Virus record (IMG/VR): IMGVR_UViG_3300020045_007779
Span: 1 to 41,013 of that record
DNA length: 41,013 nt
Source: a virus
Lineage: Duplodnaviria > Caudoviricetes
Strand: one strand, 5' to 3'
Part shown: piece after piece, positions 9,743-19,227 of the stretch
Layout: every line of letters starts with the position of its first letter
Position numbering within the stretch: position 1 is the stretch's first letter
Notes under the pieces: model-generated
Seen by the model: the letters and a program-made list of their open reading frames with translations, nothing else
Database searches by the model: none
Told to the model about the DNA's origin: nothing
Position numbers and translations under genes: made by a program

Positions 9743-9985
9743 ATGACAGAAGAAACTAAAGATCAAATAATTCAAAACCTCCTTAATCAAGTTGAGGATT
9801 TGAAAAAACAAAATGAATTACTTAAGTTATCATTTCAAGTAATTAAAATATCATTAGAGGTTTATACAGACTTGAAAAATGTAAATAACTTTGAAAAGGG
9901 TGGAATTGTAAATGATAAACAAACCGAGTTTGTTGTTTCAGACGAACTAAAAGAACAAATGAAAAGAATAAGTTTATTAAAATAG
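9743..9985 (+). CDS. hypothetical coiled-coil protein
   Basis: A-rich start context; N-terminal heptads. Confidence 0.6.
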   Translation: MTEETKDQIIQNLLNQVEDLKKQNELLKLSFQVIKISLEVYTDLKNVNNFEKGGIVNDKQTEFVVSDELKEQMKRISLLK

Positions 9986-10203
9986 ATAGGATTTTTTGTA
10001 AAAAAAATACGTAAAAAAAAAACGTTATTAAATTACGTTTACTCATTTTGATGCTTAAAAAAAGAGTATAAATAGAATTCAATAGGTCCTAAAAAGTTTT
10101 TTGCAATTAATATAAAAGAATTTTATAAAGAAATATTGAAAAAAAATAAACCAATGCAAGATTTTATTTTAGCAAGGAAAGAAAAAATAAATTCAGATTT
10201 AAT

Positions 10204-10626
10204 ATGACAAAACAAGAGCGTAACACAATCAAGCTGCAAAATGATAAAATTGCAGCTTGGTTACAGATAACCCCTATGACAGTTAGGACAGCCTTAAAAG
10301 CTAAACCCGAGAGCGTAACAGCTTTACTAGTCCATCAATGTAAAGAGCGAATTGAAAATGGATTAGAGCTTTATCATGACATTGATATTATTGAAGAGTT
10401 TGCAAAAACGTTTCAAGAATTTGAATCATTCCGTTTTATTGTTGATCAAAGACATAGATTAACATTTATTACTTTAGCATATGGTGGAAAGATTATAAAT
10501 GAAAACTGCAATTTGGGAGCTATTTATGCAATTAATCAGTTTTTAGAGTGTACAAAGTTGCTAGATGTAAGATTAGAACAACCTAAAAATATTTTTGAGT
10601 TATTGGTATGGAATTTGAAAGATTAG
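10204..10626 (+). CDS. putative HTH DNA-binding protein
   Basis: KIAAWLQITPMTVRTAL helix-turn-helix pattern. Confidence 0.6.
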   Translation: MTKQERNTIKLQNDKIAAWLQITPMTVRTALKAKPESVTALLVHQCKERIENGLELYHDIDIIEEFAKTFQEFESFRFIVDQRHRLTFITLAYGGKIINENCNLGAIYAINQFLECTKLLDVRLEQPKNIFELLVWNLKD

Positions 10627-10832
10627 TAAGGGGAACGAGTGGATTAACTTATTTAGTTGAAAGAAAAAAATTAATCCAAAAAGAAATTATAGATAGAATA
10701 TTAACTCAAGAACTATCTGAAATAAACAAAATTGAAATCCAAATGTTGGATAACGAATATAGATTAATTTGTTTAGAATTAAAATTAATCGATTTAGAGT
10801 TAAAAAGAGAAAGTATATTAGCAAACAATTAA
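10608..10832 (+). CDS. hypothetical protein
   Basis: ORF overlapping the upstream gene end. Confidence 0.5.
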   Translation: MEFERLVRGTSGLTYLVERKKLIQKEIIDRILTQELSEINKIEIQMLDNEYRLICLELKLIDLELKRESILANN

Positions 10833-10844
10833 AAGTAAATTAGA

Positions 10845-11057
10845 ATGAGAGTAATTGATTATAAAGAAGAAAAACAATATCAAGAAATGACAACTCAAAA
10901 AACATATTTTTGGTTTATAAAATTCAATAAAACCTATAGAAGAGTAGGAACTAAAATTTATGCATTTATCTATCCAGATACTTATCAAAGATTATCTTTT
11001 AGTGAATATTTTGAAATTCAAAACATGTTTCATTTATACGATAATTTAAACAAATAA
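10845..11057 (+). CDS. hypothetical protein
   Basis: ORF in a plus-strand small-gene block. Confidence 0.5.
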   Translation: MRVIDYKEEKQYQEMTTQKTYFWFIKFNKTYRRVGTKIYAFIYPDTYQRLSFSEYFEIQNMFHLYDNLNK

Positions 11058-11095
11058 AAAATGAGATTTGATATTTTAGACGAAATTGATAAAAA

Positions 11096-11284
11096 ATGAC
11101 AACAGAACAGAAAACAATTGAGTATCTCCTTTATAGGATTGAGACTTTAGAAAAAGAAAATAAAATGTGGGAAAATAAATTTCATGAACAAAATTCAAAA
11201 ACTTGGATTTGTTTAGATGAAAGTACAAAATTAACAGATAAGCAAATAGAAGACTTTCAAAAAGCATTTAGTTTCAAAAAGTAA
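11096..11284 (+). CDS. hypothetical protein
   Basis: Last ORF before the terminator. Confidence 0.55.
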   Translation: MTTEQKTIEYLLYRIETLEKENKMWENKFHEQNSKTWICLDESTKLTDKQIEDFQKAFSFKK

Positions 11285-11286
11285 CC

Positions 11287-11318
11287 AAAAAACCCTCTTA
11301 ATTTCTTAGGAGGGTTTT
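11287..11318. terminator. bidirectional intrinsic terminator
   Basis: AAAACCCTC-12 nt-GAGGGTTTT at a convergent gene junction. Confidence 0.75.
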
Positions 11319-11747
11319 ATATGTTACAAATCCAATTAAAGAAGTTGCTGCAATTCCAACTATCCATTTAGCTGCCTTGTATCGCTTTATCTTTACGTTA
11401 CCCTTATGATTTATTGAATAGGTATTCAAAAAGCCTAATTTATGCACTTCCGTTTGAATCAATCCATTTGGTGCAATTCGATCGACTTCAATACGTTTTT
11501 TTTTATTCCTGATTGATAAAATGAGTGTATCACGTTCGACTATCTCCCGAATTACCGTATCATGTTTATAAATGATAACTTTTTCAGGTGGTGACTTCAC
11601 TCGCAATGTATCAATTTTATAAGGCTGCTTTGCGTAGATCGTATCAGTTTTAGGAACTTCAACAATCTTCACTTTAACAGTACTCATTCCAAGTATAAAG
11701 GCAACTACCCCAGCAATGATGCATAGTATAAATTCTTTTTTAGTCAT
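11298..11747 (-). CDS. spanin-like membrane protein
   Basis: Hydrophobic segments at both termini; repeated DT(I/L/V) motifs; in the holin operon. Confidence 0.5.
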   Translation of the reverse strand: MTKKEFILCIIAGVVAFILGMSTVKVKIVEVPKTDTIYAKQPYKIDTLRVKSPPEKVIIYKHDTVIREIVERDTLILSIRNKKKRIEVDRIAPNGLIQTEVHKLGFLNTYSINHKGNVKIKRYKAAKWIVGIAATSLIGFVTYKTLLRN

Positions 11748-12112
11748 ATCTTTGTTAGTGTTTTTAATTTACCAATATATTCTGGTAATTCAGTTTCTAG
11801 ATTCATTAAATAGGGATTTAATTTACTTGGATAACTAGAATAACCAACTTTATAAGTATTTACTCCATCTGTTAAAATATCGCCTTCCCATAACTCAACT
11901 CCATTTTTATCTACATACGGAAAAGTATTGACCATTGCATCACAATAAACAAACTTCCTTTGCATTGTTACATTTTGCAAAACTATTCCAGTAACATTGT
12001 CAACAATTCTAAATTCATTAAACTTCTTAGCTTTGTTATTTGTAATTTCAGCAGCCTCATAATACATTCTTTCTCCTAAGTGCTTGTATTTTATTTCTTC
12101 TTTATTTTTCAT
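11744..12112 (-). CDS. YopX family protein
   Basis: EFR...DKNGVELWEGDIL signature. Confidence 0.7.
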   Translation of the reverse strand: MKNKEEIKYKHLGERMYYEAAEITNNKAKKFNEFRIVDNVTGIVLQNVTMQRKFVYCDAMVNTFPYVDKNGVELWEGDILTDGVNTYKVGYSSYPSKLNPYLMNLETELPEYIGKLKTLTKI

Positions 12113-12354
12113 ATCATTTTCAAAGTAATATAAGTTCCTATTGCATATCCTAAAGCTTTACTAAGTGTTAACTTCCAACGTTGATTTTTATCCTCTTCAA
12201 TGAATTCTTTATAAAAATAATCATTCAAAAAAGGAACTATAAAATCAGAAACAACAGCGAGCATAATTAATTTATTTGCAACTGAATTAATATAAACAGT
12301 TGAAAGAAATGTAATTAATAGGCAACTAAAAAATACAGTAAAATATTTTTTCAT
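12109..12354 (-). CDS. small membrane protein
   Basis: Hydrophobic segments; coupled to holin. Confidence 0.55.
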   Translation of the reverse strand: MKKYFTVFFSCLLITFLSTVYINSVANKLIMLAVVSDFIVPFLNDYFYKEFIEEDKNQRWKLTLSKALGYAIGTYITLKMI

Positions 12355-12821
12355 TAAACTTTTGGAGTTTCTTGAGTTTCATTCTTTTTAGCTAATCCGT
12401 TTTCGTCAAAATCTGCAAATCTTTTCAAAATAAACTTAGGTAACATTGGATAACCTAATTTTCCCATATTCTCATTTATGCTTAATACTTCCCTAAATAC
12501 TAAAAAAGAATACATAATTGAGTCCATAAATGGCAAAATATCTGCTAACATCGTATTCGGTTGATTCTTTACTGTAAAAGCTGAAATAATGTGAACAGTG
12601 ACCAAAGTCAAGCCATAAACCACTATTTTAATCAATAGCGATTGCATTTTTTTAGAACTAAAATTATGTTCTTTCCATGCAAATAACATTCCTGAAGCTG
12701 TATCTATAGACACTAAAAGGCACATGAATAATAAAAAGCTCCAATCGTCCCAAATGTATTTCTCAATAAATTGAAGCATAGGAGCAAAGCCAAAAGCGAA
12801 TAATAAAATTTTCGTGTTCAT
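12354..12821 (-). CDS. holin (TcdE/phage holin 4 family)
   Basis: IDTASG...FSSKKM...KI..Y...E..SI.EN..KLG; start moved to MNTKILL. Confidence 0.8.
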   Translation of the reverse strand: MNTKILLFAFGFAPMLQFIEKYIWDDWSFLLFMCLLVSIDTASGMLFAWKEHNFSSKKMQSLLIKIVVYGLTLVTVHIISAFTVKNQPNTMLADILPFMDSIMYSFLVFREVLSINENMGKLGYPMLPKFILKRFADFDENGLAKKNETQETPKV

Positions 12822-12826
12822 GTTTG

Positions 12827-12834
12827 CAAAAGTA
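12827..12834 (-). promoter_or_regulatory. -7 box TACTTTTG 5 nt before the holin ATG
   Basis: Exact TAnnTTTG match. Confidence 0.6.
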
Positions 12835-12854
12835 AAAATTAAATTTGAATAAAC

Positions 12855-12879
12855 AAAAAGAGGATTAAAAAATCCCCTC
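12855..12879 (-). terminator. terminator after the tail-tip operon
   Basis: GAGGGGATT-TTTT-AATCCTC followed by TTTTT. Confidence 0.55.
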
Positions 12880-12901
12880 AATAAAGTATGAAAAATAAAA
12901 C

Positions 12902-15295
12902 CTAAACCTTCTTTATTAGAATGAAATTTGTTAAACCGTCCTTTGCAGGATTGTAATTTTCTAGTTTTTTCAAGTAATATAAAACTCCTGAAATTTTAAT
13001 TAACATGTTGTTTTTTATCTTTGAATAAACATAATCATTGATGTAAATTAAAACCTCGTTTTGATCTCCTAATTGTAAATTTAATATCCAATTGTAATAT
13101 TGATTCATGTATAGAGTCTCCCAATCCAAACTTTCATTGTTTAATGTTAAAAATTCTTGCCTAAAAAATAAAGCGTCGGGAGTAATTCTAACAGGAATCT
13201 TAAATTGATCTAAATCCAAAACATCGGCTATTCTCATAATTCGAGGCACGTACGAATAAACCCAGCTTTCATAACCCTCTCCAAATTGAGGACAGTTAAA
13301 GTGCGTTGCATCTGCTATTATTGGCAATTCTAAAGTTCTTACACTTGTAAATGCAGGCCTTGAAAGTTCATTAAATACAAAATCTGCACCGGCTTTATTC
13401 AAATTTCTAACTAATTGAAACTGTTGTATTTGAGTAGCTGAATAATTGCAAGTTATTTCCTGTTCATCTATTGTACTTAAATGAATAGGAGTTTCAACAT
13501 AAGAATTAAAATCTAAGTTCTGGTTAATTAAAAAATCTGTTGAATCATTGTTATATCTAAAAGTGTATTTCTTTGCAACCTCATTAGGATAAGTTGAAAT
13601 GTTTTTTGTATCTGTTAATTCTGTTAAATCTAGATTGACAATTGAAGGCAAAAAGAAGTCCTCATGTTCATCAAAATAAATTATTTTATTATCATTATCA
13701 GAAGTATATTTTAAGTTAAACATACTAATTGCAGATTTAACAAAGTCGATTTGTTGCATATCTGGCAAGTTTTTTGCAATCTTAAAATCAATGTCACCAG
13801 TTAAATTTTCAATTGATAAGTTAAATGTTGAAATTTCTTGATTAACATTTGGATTAATTGAATCTTTATAAATAAACAAGAATCTTAAAATTTGACCCTT
13901 TTTTAACCTAGTTCTAAAACTTTGAGATTCTGAATAATTGAAAACTGTTTGAGCGTTTGGTGTCCAATATATTGTGTTCCAACTATCAGTAACAGCATTA
14001 CTTTTAACTAAAACCTTACTTGCATAAGGATTAAGAATATACGTTGAATCTGGCGTAATTTGTGTTTGTGTAGCACTTTCAATTAAATCTAATTGATCGA
14101 GCGTTTCAATAGGAAATAAACCCACAATCGGAAATACTGTATAAGGGCCAGTTGCTGGTGGAATTGCATAATCTACTAAAGTGCTTAATTCGCCCTGTAT
14201 ACTCCAGTCGATTTGATACTCTCCATCTTCAGGAATGAAAATGTCACCGTAAACTTGTGGATTTGTCCCCATCCATCCGCGATCATCAACAGTTACACCT
14301 GCAATTCTCGCAATTGGAGAAGTTACCCCTAAATAACCAATAGTATACTCATTCATTGGAAAAGGCAAAAGAGGGTCATTTACAGGCGTAAAATTTTGAA
14401 CATCAAAAGCATCAACAATTACTGTAGTCATTGAAATATTTTGCGTTATCTCATAGTAACCTAAAGTGCCCCAATTATAAATTATATCTTTTAAGCCAGT
14501 TGCAGGTAAAACAAGTTTTTTAGTTTCTTCTTTCTCCAAAAAGCGACCCCCTACCGACCAGCCAATGTCTTCAAATATCTTTCTAAATATGTTTACAAAG
14601 CTAAAAGCCGGTGGAATGTCTTCAAATGATAAGTGTGGAACTTGTCCATTAGTACCTTGTATTTGTGGGCCGTTTACATCTACTCCATTTATATTGCTTC
14701 TCCAACTTGGAAAGCCTGTAGGGTCTGCCAATAGTGCAGAATAGTCAGTTGTATCAATGTATTTATTTAATGTAGTGTTTTTCCAATAAGGTAAAAAATA
14801 ATTACCATATGCGACAAGTGGGAAAATCACATCGTAAAAATCAAAGTGAGTTGAAGGATTAGCAATATAAGAATCAATATTATTCAAAATCTCATTCATT
14901 CCATCAAATGGATAATCTGCAAAAGATTGTATATCTCTAAGTTTCTTTTTGCCTATTAAATTAATCCAGTTTACACTATTTCCAATGTAGACAATTTCTA
15001 TAAAATCGCGCGTTATTTTCTGAATAGTTGCAAAACCTCTTGAAATATCAGTACCATTTTTTGTTACAATATATTCGAATTTTTCAGTACTATAAAAGTT
15101 AAAAGTTGAACTATGGTATTGATTAATCTTGAAAATACTTCGATTATTTGGAGTATTTGGATGTTGAACAGTGTATGTACTTTCACCCCCTCTTTTATTG
15201 ATTTGATCAAAAACCTCCTCAATTGATAACAAAAAAGGAAAGTTAGTTGAACTGATATAATCAACTTTTCTATTATTAATTTTAATCTCAAACAT
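12902..15295 (-). CDS. tail tip / baseplate hub-like protein
   Basis: 797 aa; P.TPNN..IF, FPLVAYG and LPDM.Q.DF...I..MFNL motifs. Confidence 0.7.
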   Translation of the reverse strand: MFEIKINNRKVDYISSTNFPFLLSIEEVFDQINKRGGESTYTVQHPNTPNNRSIFKINQYHSSTFNFYSTEKFEYIVTKNGTDISRGFATIQKITRDFIEIVYIGNSVNWINLIGKKKLRDIQSFADYPFDGMNEILNNIDSYIANPSTHFDFYDVIFPLVAYGNYFLPYWKNTTLNKYIDTTDYSALLADPTGFPSWRSNINGVDVNGPQIQGTNGQVPHLSFEDIPPAFSFVNIFRKIFEDIGWSVGGRFLEKEETKKLVLPATGLKDIIYNWGTLGYYEITQNISMTTVIVDAFDVQNFTPVNDPLLPFPMNEYTIGYLGVTSPIARIAGVTVDDRGWMGTNPQVYGDIFIPEDGEYQIDWSIQGELSTLVDYAIPPATGPYTVFPIVGLFPIETLDQLDLIESATQTQITPDSTYILNPYASKVLVKSNAVTDSWNTIYWTPNAQTVFNYSESQSFRTRLKKGQILRFLFIYKDSINPNVNQEISTFNLSIENLTGDIDFKIAKNLPDMQQIDFVKSAISMFNLKYTSDNDNKIIYFDEHEDFFLPSIVNLDLTELTDTKNISTYPNEVAKKYTFRYNNDSTDFLINQNLDFNSYVETPIHLSTIDEQEITCNYSATQIQQFQLVRNLNKAGADFVFNELSRPAFTSVRTLELPIIADATHFNCPQFGEGYESWVYSYVPRIMRIADVLDLDQFKIPVRITPDALFFRQEFLTLNNESLDWETLYMNQYYNWILNLQLGDQNEVLIYINDYVYSKIKNNMLIKISGVLYYLKKLENYNPAKDGLTNFILIKKV

Positions 15296-17099
15296 CTAAA
15301 AGGGGCTTTAATTGTAAGGTTAAACGTTGCATGTCTTCTGAATATACATCTGTATAATCAGTACTAGTTATTTGAATTCTAATCCATTCAGATTTTGAAT
15401 AATAATAAATCTTTTCACTTTCCAACAACTCCAACAACCATGCATGTTTTTCTTTATTTAGGTAATCAGTTTGAAAAGTGATAGTTTTATCATTATTTAC
15501 TTCTAATATTTCCCTATCAACAACATCATTATTAGAGTCTAAAGTTGTTTCAATTGAATATTGATTTGGGTACAATTTATTTTTTTCATATACTATTGTT
15601 TCAACTGTTGTACTTTCTGAAATATCTCCTAAGCTAACTAAAGAATCCCATCCACCCAATTGATTCAAAAACAATATTTGTGGCCTTGAATTAGATTTAA
15701 AATCCCTGTGTTCGTTGTCAATTACAAAAGTAATATCATTTGTTACACTTCTTGCAGTACTTTGTAATTCAGTTGCTTTGTATTCTTTAACTCTATAAAC
15801 TATTTTTTCAACTTGTGAAACTTGAGTCGCTTCGTAAAAATCGATTAAAGTCATGTCTAAAGTAGCTTCAACACAATTTTGAGTGAAATACGAAACTGTT
15901 GTAAGTGATCTATTTAAGTCAGTAGCTAAAATTGAAGTACCATCTACAAAATACAGATCAAATTCTAAAAATACTTTAGTGTTTTGCTTTACTCCTTCTG
16001 TTTCTCCATTGTCAAACTTTACATAATCATAAATAAAGCTTAAAAATAGAACTTGATCTATTTGAATTTTAACGTTTTCAGGCTGATTTGTAAGGAAATC
16101 AACTAAATTATAAGGACTTGCAACAATACCCGCTCCACGTCTCCAATATCTTAAAAAAGCAGTGTCTAAATCATTCGTTAAATAAACAGAATCAGAAATT
16201 GGAAGTCTTGAATAAGGGTTAATTTTATGACTTAATTCGCTATAATGCGCATATCTTTTGAAAGTATTGCCAGCAATTTCGTAATAAATACCGTTTAATT
16301 TTTCACCGTAAATATAGTAATATCTAACTATTGCATTTTTGCATAATTGGAACTTAAAAGACTGATTAAAAGGAGAATCAACACTAACAAAATTTCTCAA
16401 AAATACTGAAAAATCAAAATTGATTATTTTTTCTTCTGAATTATCAACATTATTATCAATTAATCCTTCCCATTGTTTTTCAAGTATAATATTTTCATAA
16501 ATAAATGTTGGAGAAAATGAATTTGTGTCCATTAAATCACGTTTATCATTATCAGTAACCGCAAATAATTGAACAAACATTGACCAATTAGGAGTATCAC
16601 CACCATAATAATTAGAAGAACCTGCATTTAATGCAGAATCTAAATACATGTTCGAAATACCAGCCGAAAGTGTTACAACTATTTCAAGTAATTCAGTCTT
16701 TAACTTTGCAACTAGAATAATGTGGTCATAACCTGGAGAATCATTGACTAAAGAAGTTTGATACTTATTTTTCAAAGTTGGATGCAAAATTAAAATTCTA
16801 TAAAGCTCTAAAGTTGCCTGTTGTCTTGAGCTAAATGCAGAACTTGTAAGCTCTCCAAATTTTGGATTGTCTCTAAAATATATCTTTTCCCCTGCAATAG
16901 TAATACTGTCCCCATCTAAAGCGGTAAAGTCAGTTCCACTACCATATGCAGAACTAAAATTAATTCCATAAAGGGCAGGATATTGAATACCTCCTAAGAA
17001 TTCAGTATTATAACCAAAGATTATTTCATTGAATCCAGGACGTATATTTTTAAGTGAAATTAAAGTATCTGGAACTGTTGTTTGATTTACGTTTGCCAT
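15288..17099 (-). CDS. distal tail-like structural protein
   Basis: FLTNQP, FLNQLGGWD and WL.ELL.S motifs; precedes the hub gene. Confidence 0.65.
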   Translation of the reverse strand: MANVNQTTVPDTLISLKNIRPGFNEIIFGYNTEFLGGIQYPALYGINFSSAYGSGTDFTALDGDSITIAGEKIYFRDNPKFGELTSSAFSSRQQATLELYRILILHPTLKNKYQTSLVNDSPGYDHIILVAKLKTELLEIVVTLSAGISNMYLDSALNAGSSNYYGGDTPNWSMFVQLFAVTDNDKRDLMDTNSFSPTFIYENIILEKQWEGLIDNNVDNSEEKIINFDFSVFLRNFVSVDSPFNQSFKFQLCKNAIVRYYYIYGEKLNGIYYEIAGNTFKRYAHYSELSHKINPYSRLPISDSVYLTNDLDTAFLRYWRRGAGIVASPYNLVDFLTNQPENVKIQIDQVLFLSFIYDYVKFDNGETEGVKQNTKVFLEFDLYFVDGTSILATDLNRSLTTVSYFTQNCVEATLDMTLIDFYEATQVSQVEKIVYRVKEYKATELQSTARSVTNDITFVIDNEHRDFKSNSRPQILFLNQLGGWDSLVSLGDISESTTVETIVYEKNKLYPNQYSIETTLDSNNDVVDREILEVNNDKTITFQTDYLNKEKHAWLLELLESEKIYYYSKSEWIRIQITSTDYTDVYSEDMQRLTLQLKPLLDV

Positions 17100-17101
17100 G
17101 G

Positions 17102-17290
17102 TTACAAGTGATTAATTTCTAATTGCATATCTTTGTTTAAGTCTTTTTCCATTATGCTTTTTCGCAAATGTCTAAAATAATCTATATCATTGTTTCTTCT
17201 CCACCAATGGAGCCTTAATTTCATAGAAACTTCTTCTTGAAATCCATTTCTCCAACGTCCTTTTTCCTTATGAATTTTAGTTCTTGCCAT
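17102..17290 (-). CDS. small basic hypothetical protein
   Basis: Coupled ORF inside a 12-bp direct repeat pair. Confidence 0.55.
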   Translation of the reverse strand: MARTKIHKEKGRWRNGFQEEVSMKLRLHWWRRNNDIDYFRHLRKSIMEKDLNKDMQLEINHL

Positions 17291-17292
17291 TA

Positions 17293-17514
17293 TTAAAAAA
17301 TACTATTTCTTTTTTCTTCAATTAATAATCTGTAATGTTCCCATTTTTCTTTATAATACTCATAACTTTCAATTTCATTATTTGCATATGCTTTTATACA
17401 TTCAAAAAAATAATGTCTTCTACTATCAATAAGAATATCTATTACTTTTAATATTTGTTTTCTTTTGAATAGTGTGTTATTAATTTTGTAATATAATTTA
17501 ATCAGTTTTTTCAT
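17293..17514 (-). CDS. hypothetical protein, very AT-rich
   Basis: ORF inside a 12-bp direct repeat pair. Confidence 0.5.
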   Translation of the reverse strand: MKKLIKLYYKINNTLFKRKQILKVIDILIDSRRHYFFECIKAYANNEIESYEYYKEKWEHYRLLIEEKRNSIF

Positions 17515-17619
17515 TTTTACAAGTGATTTTGTGTTTTAAGTGCGTTGATGGGTTGTGTTGTCCATATGCTTAATTCAGGCTTTTTTGGGTCTGATTTGCT
17601 TTTATTTTCTACAAAAGCG

Positions 17620-17627
17620 CAAAAATA
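17620..17627 (-). promoter_or_regulatory. -7 box TATTTTTG for the tail-tip operon
   Basis: Intergenic; TATTTTTGCGC also occurs at the capsid operon promoter. Confidence 0.55.
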
Positions 17628-17689
17628 AATATTATCTGCTAAATGGTTTAATATAAATTTCTGTTTCCATTTTTGAAATTCTATTTCGT

Positions 17690-18097
17690 TCATACTTCCT
17701 TAATTTTTTCAGTTAACAATTCACTTAAATCAATGCTCAATATTTCATTTACTATCTCATTTGCAGATTCTTTTGATTTTTCTAAATATCTTTTCGCTCG
17801 AATTCCATTTTTGAAAATAGCTTGTTGAATTGCAAATACTTTGTTATTTTCAGTCGTTATGCCTGACTTTTTCATCCACTTAATTAATACGTTAGTTGGA
17901 ACTTTTCGAGCCCCTGAGCGACGTCCTGAGTCTTGTACGATTTCTTTTTCAGGAATAATAAACTTTATTTCTCCAGTTTTTTCATTTACTTGAAAGTCCA
18001 TCTCAGAAGGGGGTAAATTTACAGATTTGCGCTCTAAATTAACCACTTCAATATAACTTTTTGCAATTGGAGTTAATAAATCTGGTCTACTTCGCAT
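17690..18097 (-). CDS. tail completion / neck protein
   Basis: DSGRR.G...P...L.KW..K.GI...AI...I...GI.A..Y motif. Confidence 0.6.
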   Translation of the reverse strand: MRSRPDLLTPIAKSYIEVVNLERKSVNLPPSEMDFQVNEKTGEIKFIIPEKEIVQDSGRRSGARKVPTNVLIKWMKKSGITTENNKVFAIQQAIFKNGIRAKRYLEKSKESANEIVNEILSIDLSELLTEKIKEV

Positions 18098-18525
18098 AAT
18101 TCATTTTGTGTTAAAAATTCAAATTGCACCCTTACGCCAGCTAATTTATTATAGTTTTGATTCTCAATCGAAATCCAATTAATTATTCTTAAATTATCGT
18201 CTCCAATTTCTTGAAGTCTAAACCTTAATTCTAAATAAACCTGAATTGCAATCTGTTGCATTTTGCTAATTGCCTTTAATCTATTCCAATTTGATACTTC
18301 AAAAGTACTTTCTAAGGTCACAAATTCCATATAAAAAACCCTGTTTTCAGCAGTGTAAAGATCATCAGTTGGAGTTCCTGACATTTCAGACTCTAAAAAA
18401 ACATGTGGATATGCTACATTTGCATCCGTATCAAGTTCAAACAAAGTACCATAATCAAATGATAATTTATTTACATTGTCTTGAATTACTTCTTTGATTA
18501 ATTCTCCTAATTCTTCAATTGACAT
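18073..18525 (-). CDS. tail terminator-like protein
   Basis: 150 aa, acidic; YP...LE and LAGV motifs; position. Confidence 0.55.
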   Translation of the reverse strand: MSIEELGELIKEVIQDNVNKLSFDYGTLFELDTDANVAYPHVFLESEMSGTPTDDLYTAENRVFYMEFVTLESTFEVSNWNRLKAISKMQQIAIQVYLELRFRLQEIGDDNLRIINWISIENQNYNKLAGVRVQFEFLTQNELCEVDQIY

Positions 18526-18780
18526 GGTTTATATTCATTAATTGTTTCATTCTTTTATCGTGCAAATTTAGTAGAATTTTGAATACTACAATGACATTTT
18601 CATTATAGTTAGCCGAAACAACCGAAGCATCACCACCGGCAATGTCAATAAGTAAGTCAAGCCACGTTGTTTGCTGTGATTCGCTCGAATTATTTGTTTC
18701 TTGGTCTGTATTAGGTTTATTAAAAAGTCTTCCGAAATAATCGTTTCCTTGCAGCCTTTTTGCAAAGTCAAAAAAAAACC
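18515..18780 (-). other. -1 programmed frameshift site and extended chaperone frame
   Basis: GG-T9 at 18780..18770; -1 frame open (FDFAKRLQ...WLDLLIDIAGGD...) to TGA at 18515. Confidence 0.7.
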
Positions 18781-19227
18781 GACTATGTTATTAGCCTCAA
18801 CTATTGAAATACTTTTGCAGTTTTCAGATTCTTCAATCCAGTTATATTTAGTATAATCTAACTCGAAAGGTTTTAATAAAATAGCCATTGACTTATGTAA
18901 ATCAGTTTGTTTCATTTCCAATAAATCTACATACTGACCAAATGACAAATTCATTACATCAATTGCGGTTTTTTTGCCTTTGTAGGTAATTGAATAATCG
19001 TTACTTTCAGGAATTGAATGATTAATCCAATCTAGATTTTTAACAATTTGATCTAAAATAAATTTATTTGCATTTTGAATTTCTTCAATGTCTATTCCAG
19101 TGAAAATTGAAATAGTTTTGTAAATATTATTATTTGAATCAATTAATTGAATATAATCACCAATCGTTACATCATGCCAATTTTCTTTTAACTGATAACT
19201 TTTTGAATTAAATTTTATTTCTCTCAT
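18586..19227 (-). CDS. tail assembly chaperone (zero-frame product)
   Basis: W.DVTIG.Y and LSFGQYVDL motifs; GFFL slippery site. Confidence 0.6.
   Translation of the reverse strand: MREIKFNSKSYQLKENWHDVTIGDYIQLIDSNNNIYKTISIFTGIDIEEIQNANKFILDQIVKNLDWINHSIPESNDYSITYKGKKTAIDVMNLSFGQYVDLLEMKQTDLHKSMAILLKPFELDYTKYNWIEESENCKSISIVEANNIVGFFLTLQKGCKETIISEDFLINLIQTKKQIIRANHSKQRGLTYLLTLPVVMLRLFRLTIMKMSL

Noticed and set aside
9986-10203. Gene in the gap before the HTH ORF
   Set aside because: Frames are interrupted by stops and A-runs; at most a decayed remnant.
17570-17693. TAG read-through / alternative genetic code
   Set aside because: A few tiny frames contain TAG, but all long genes are intact in the standard code, several end in TAG, and no suppressor tRNA is seen.
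18563-18570. TAAATTTG promoter match on the minus strand
   Set aside because: Falls inside the -1 frameshift coding extension, so it cannot be distinguished from chance.
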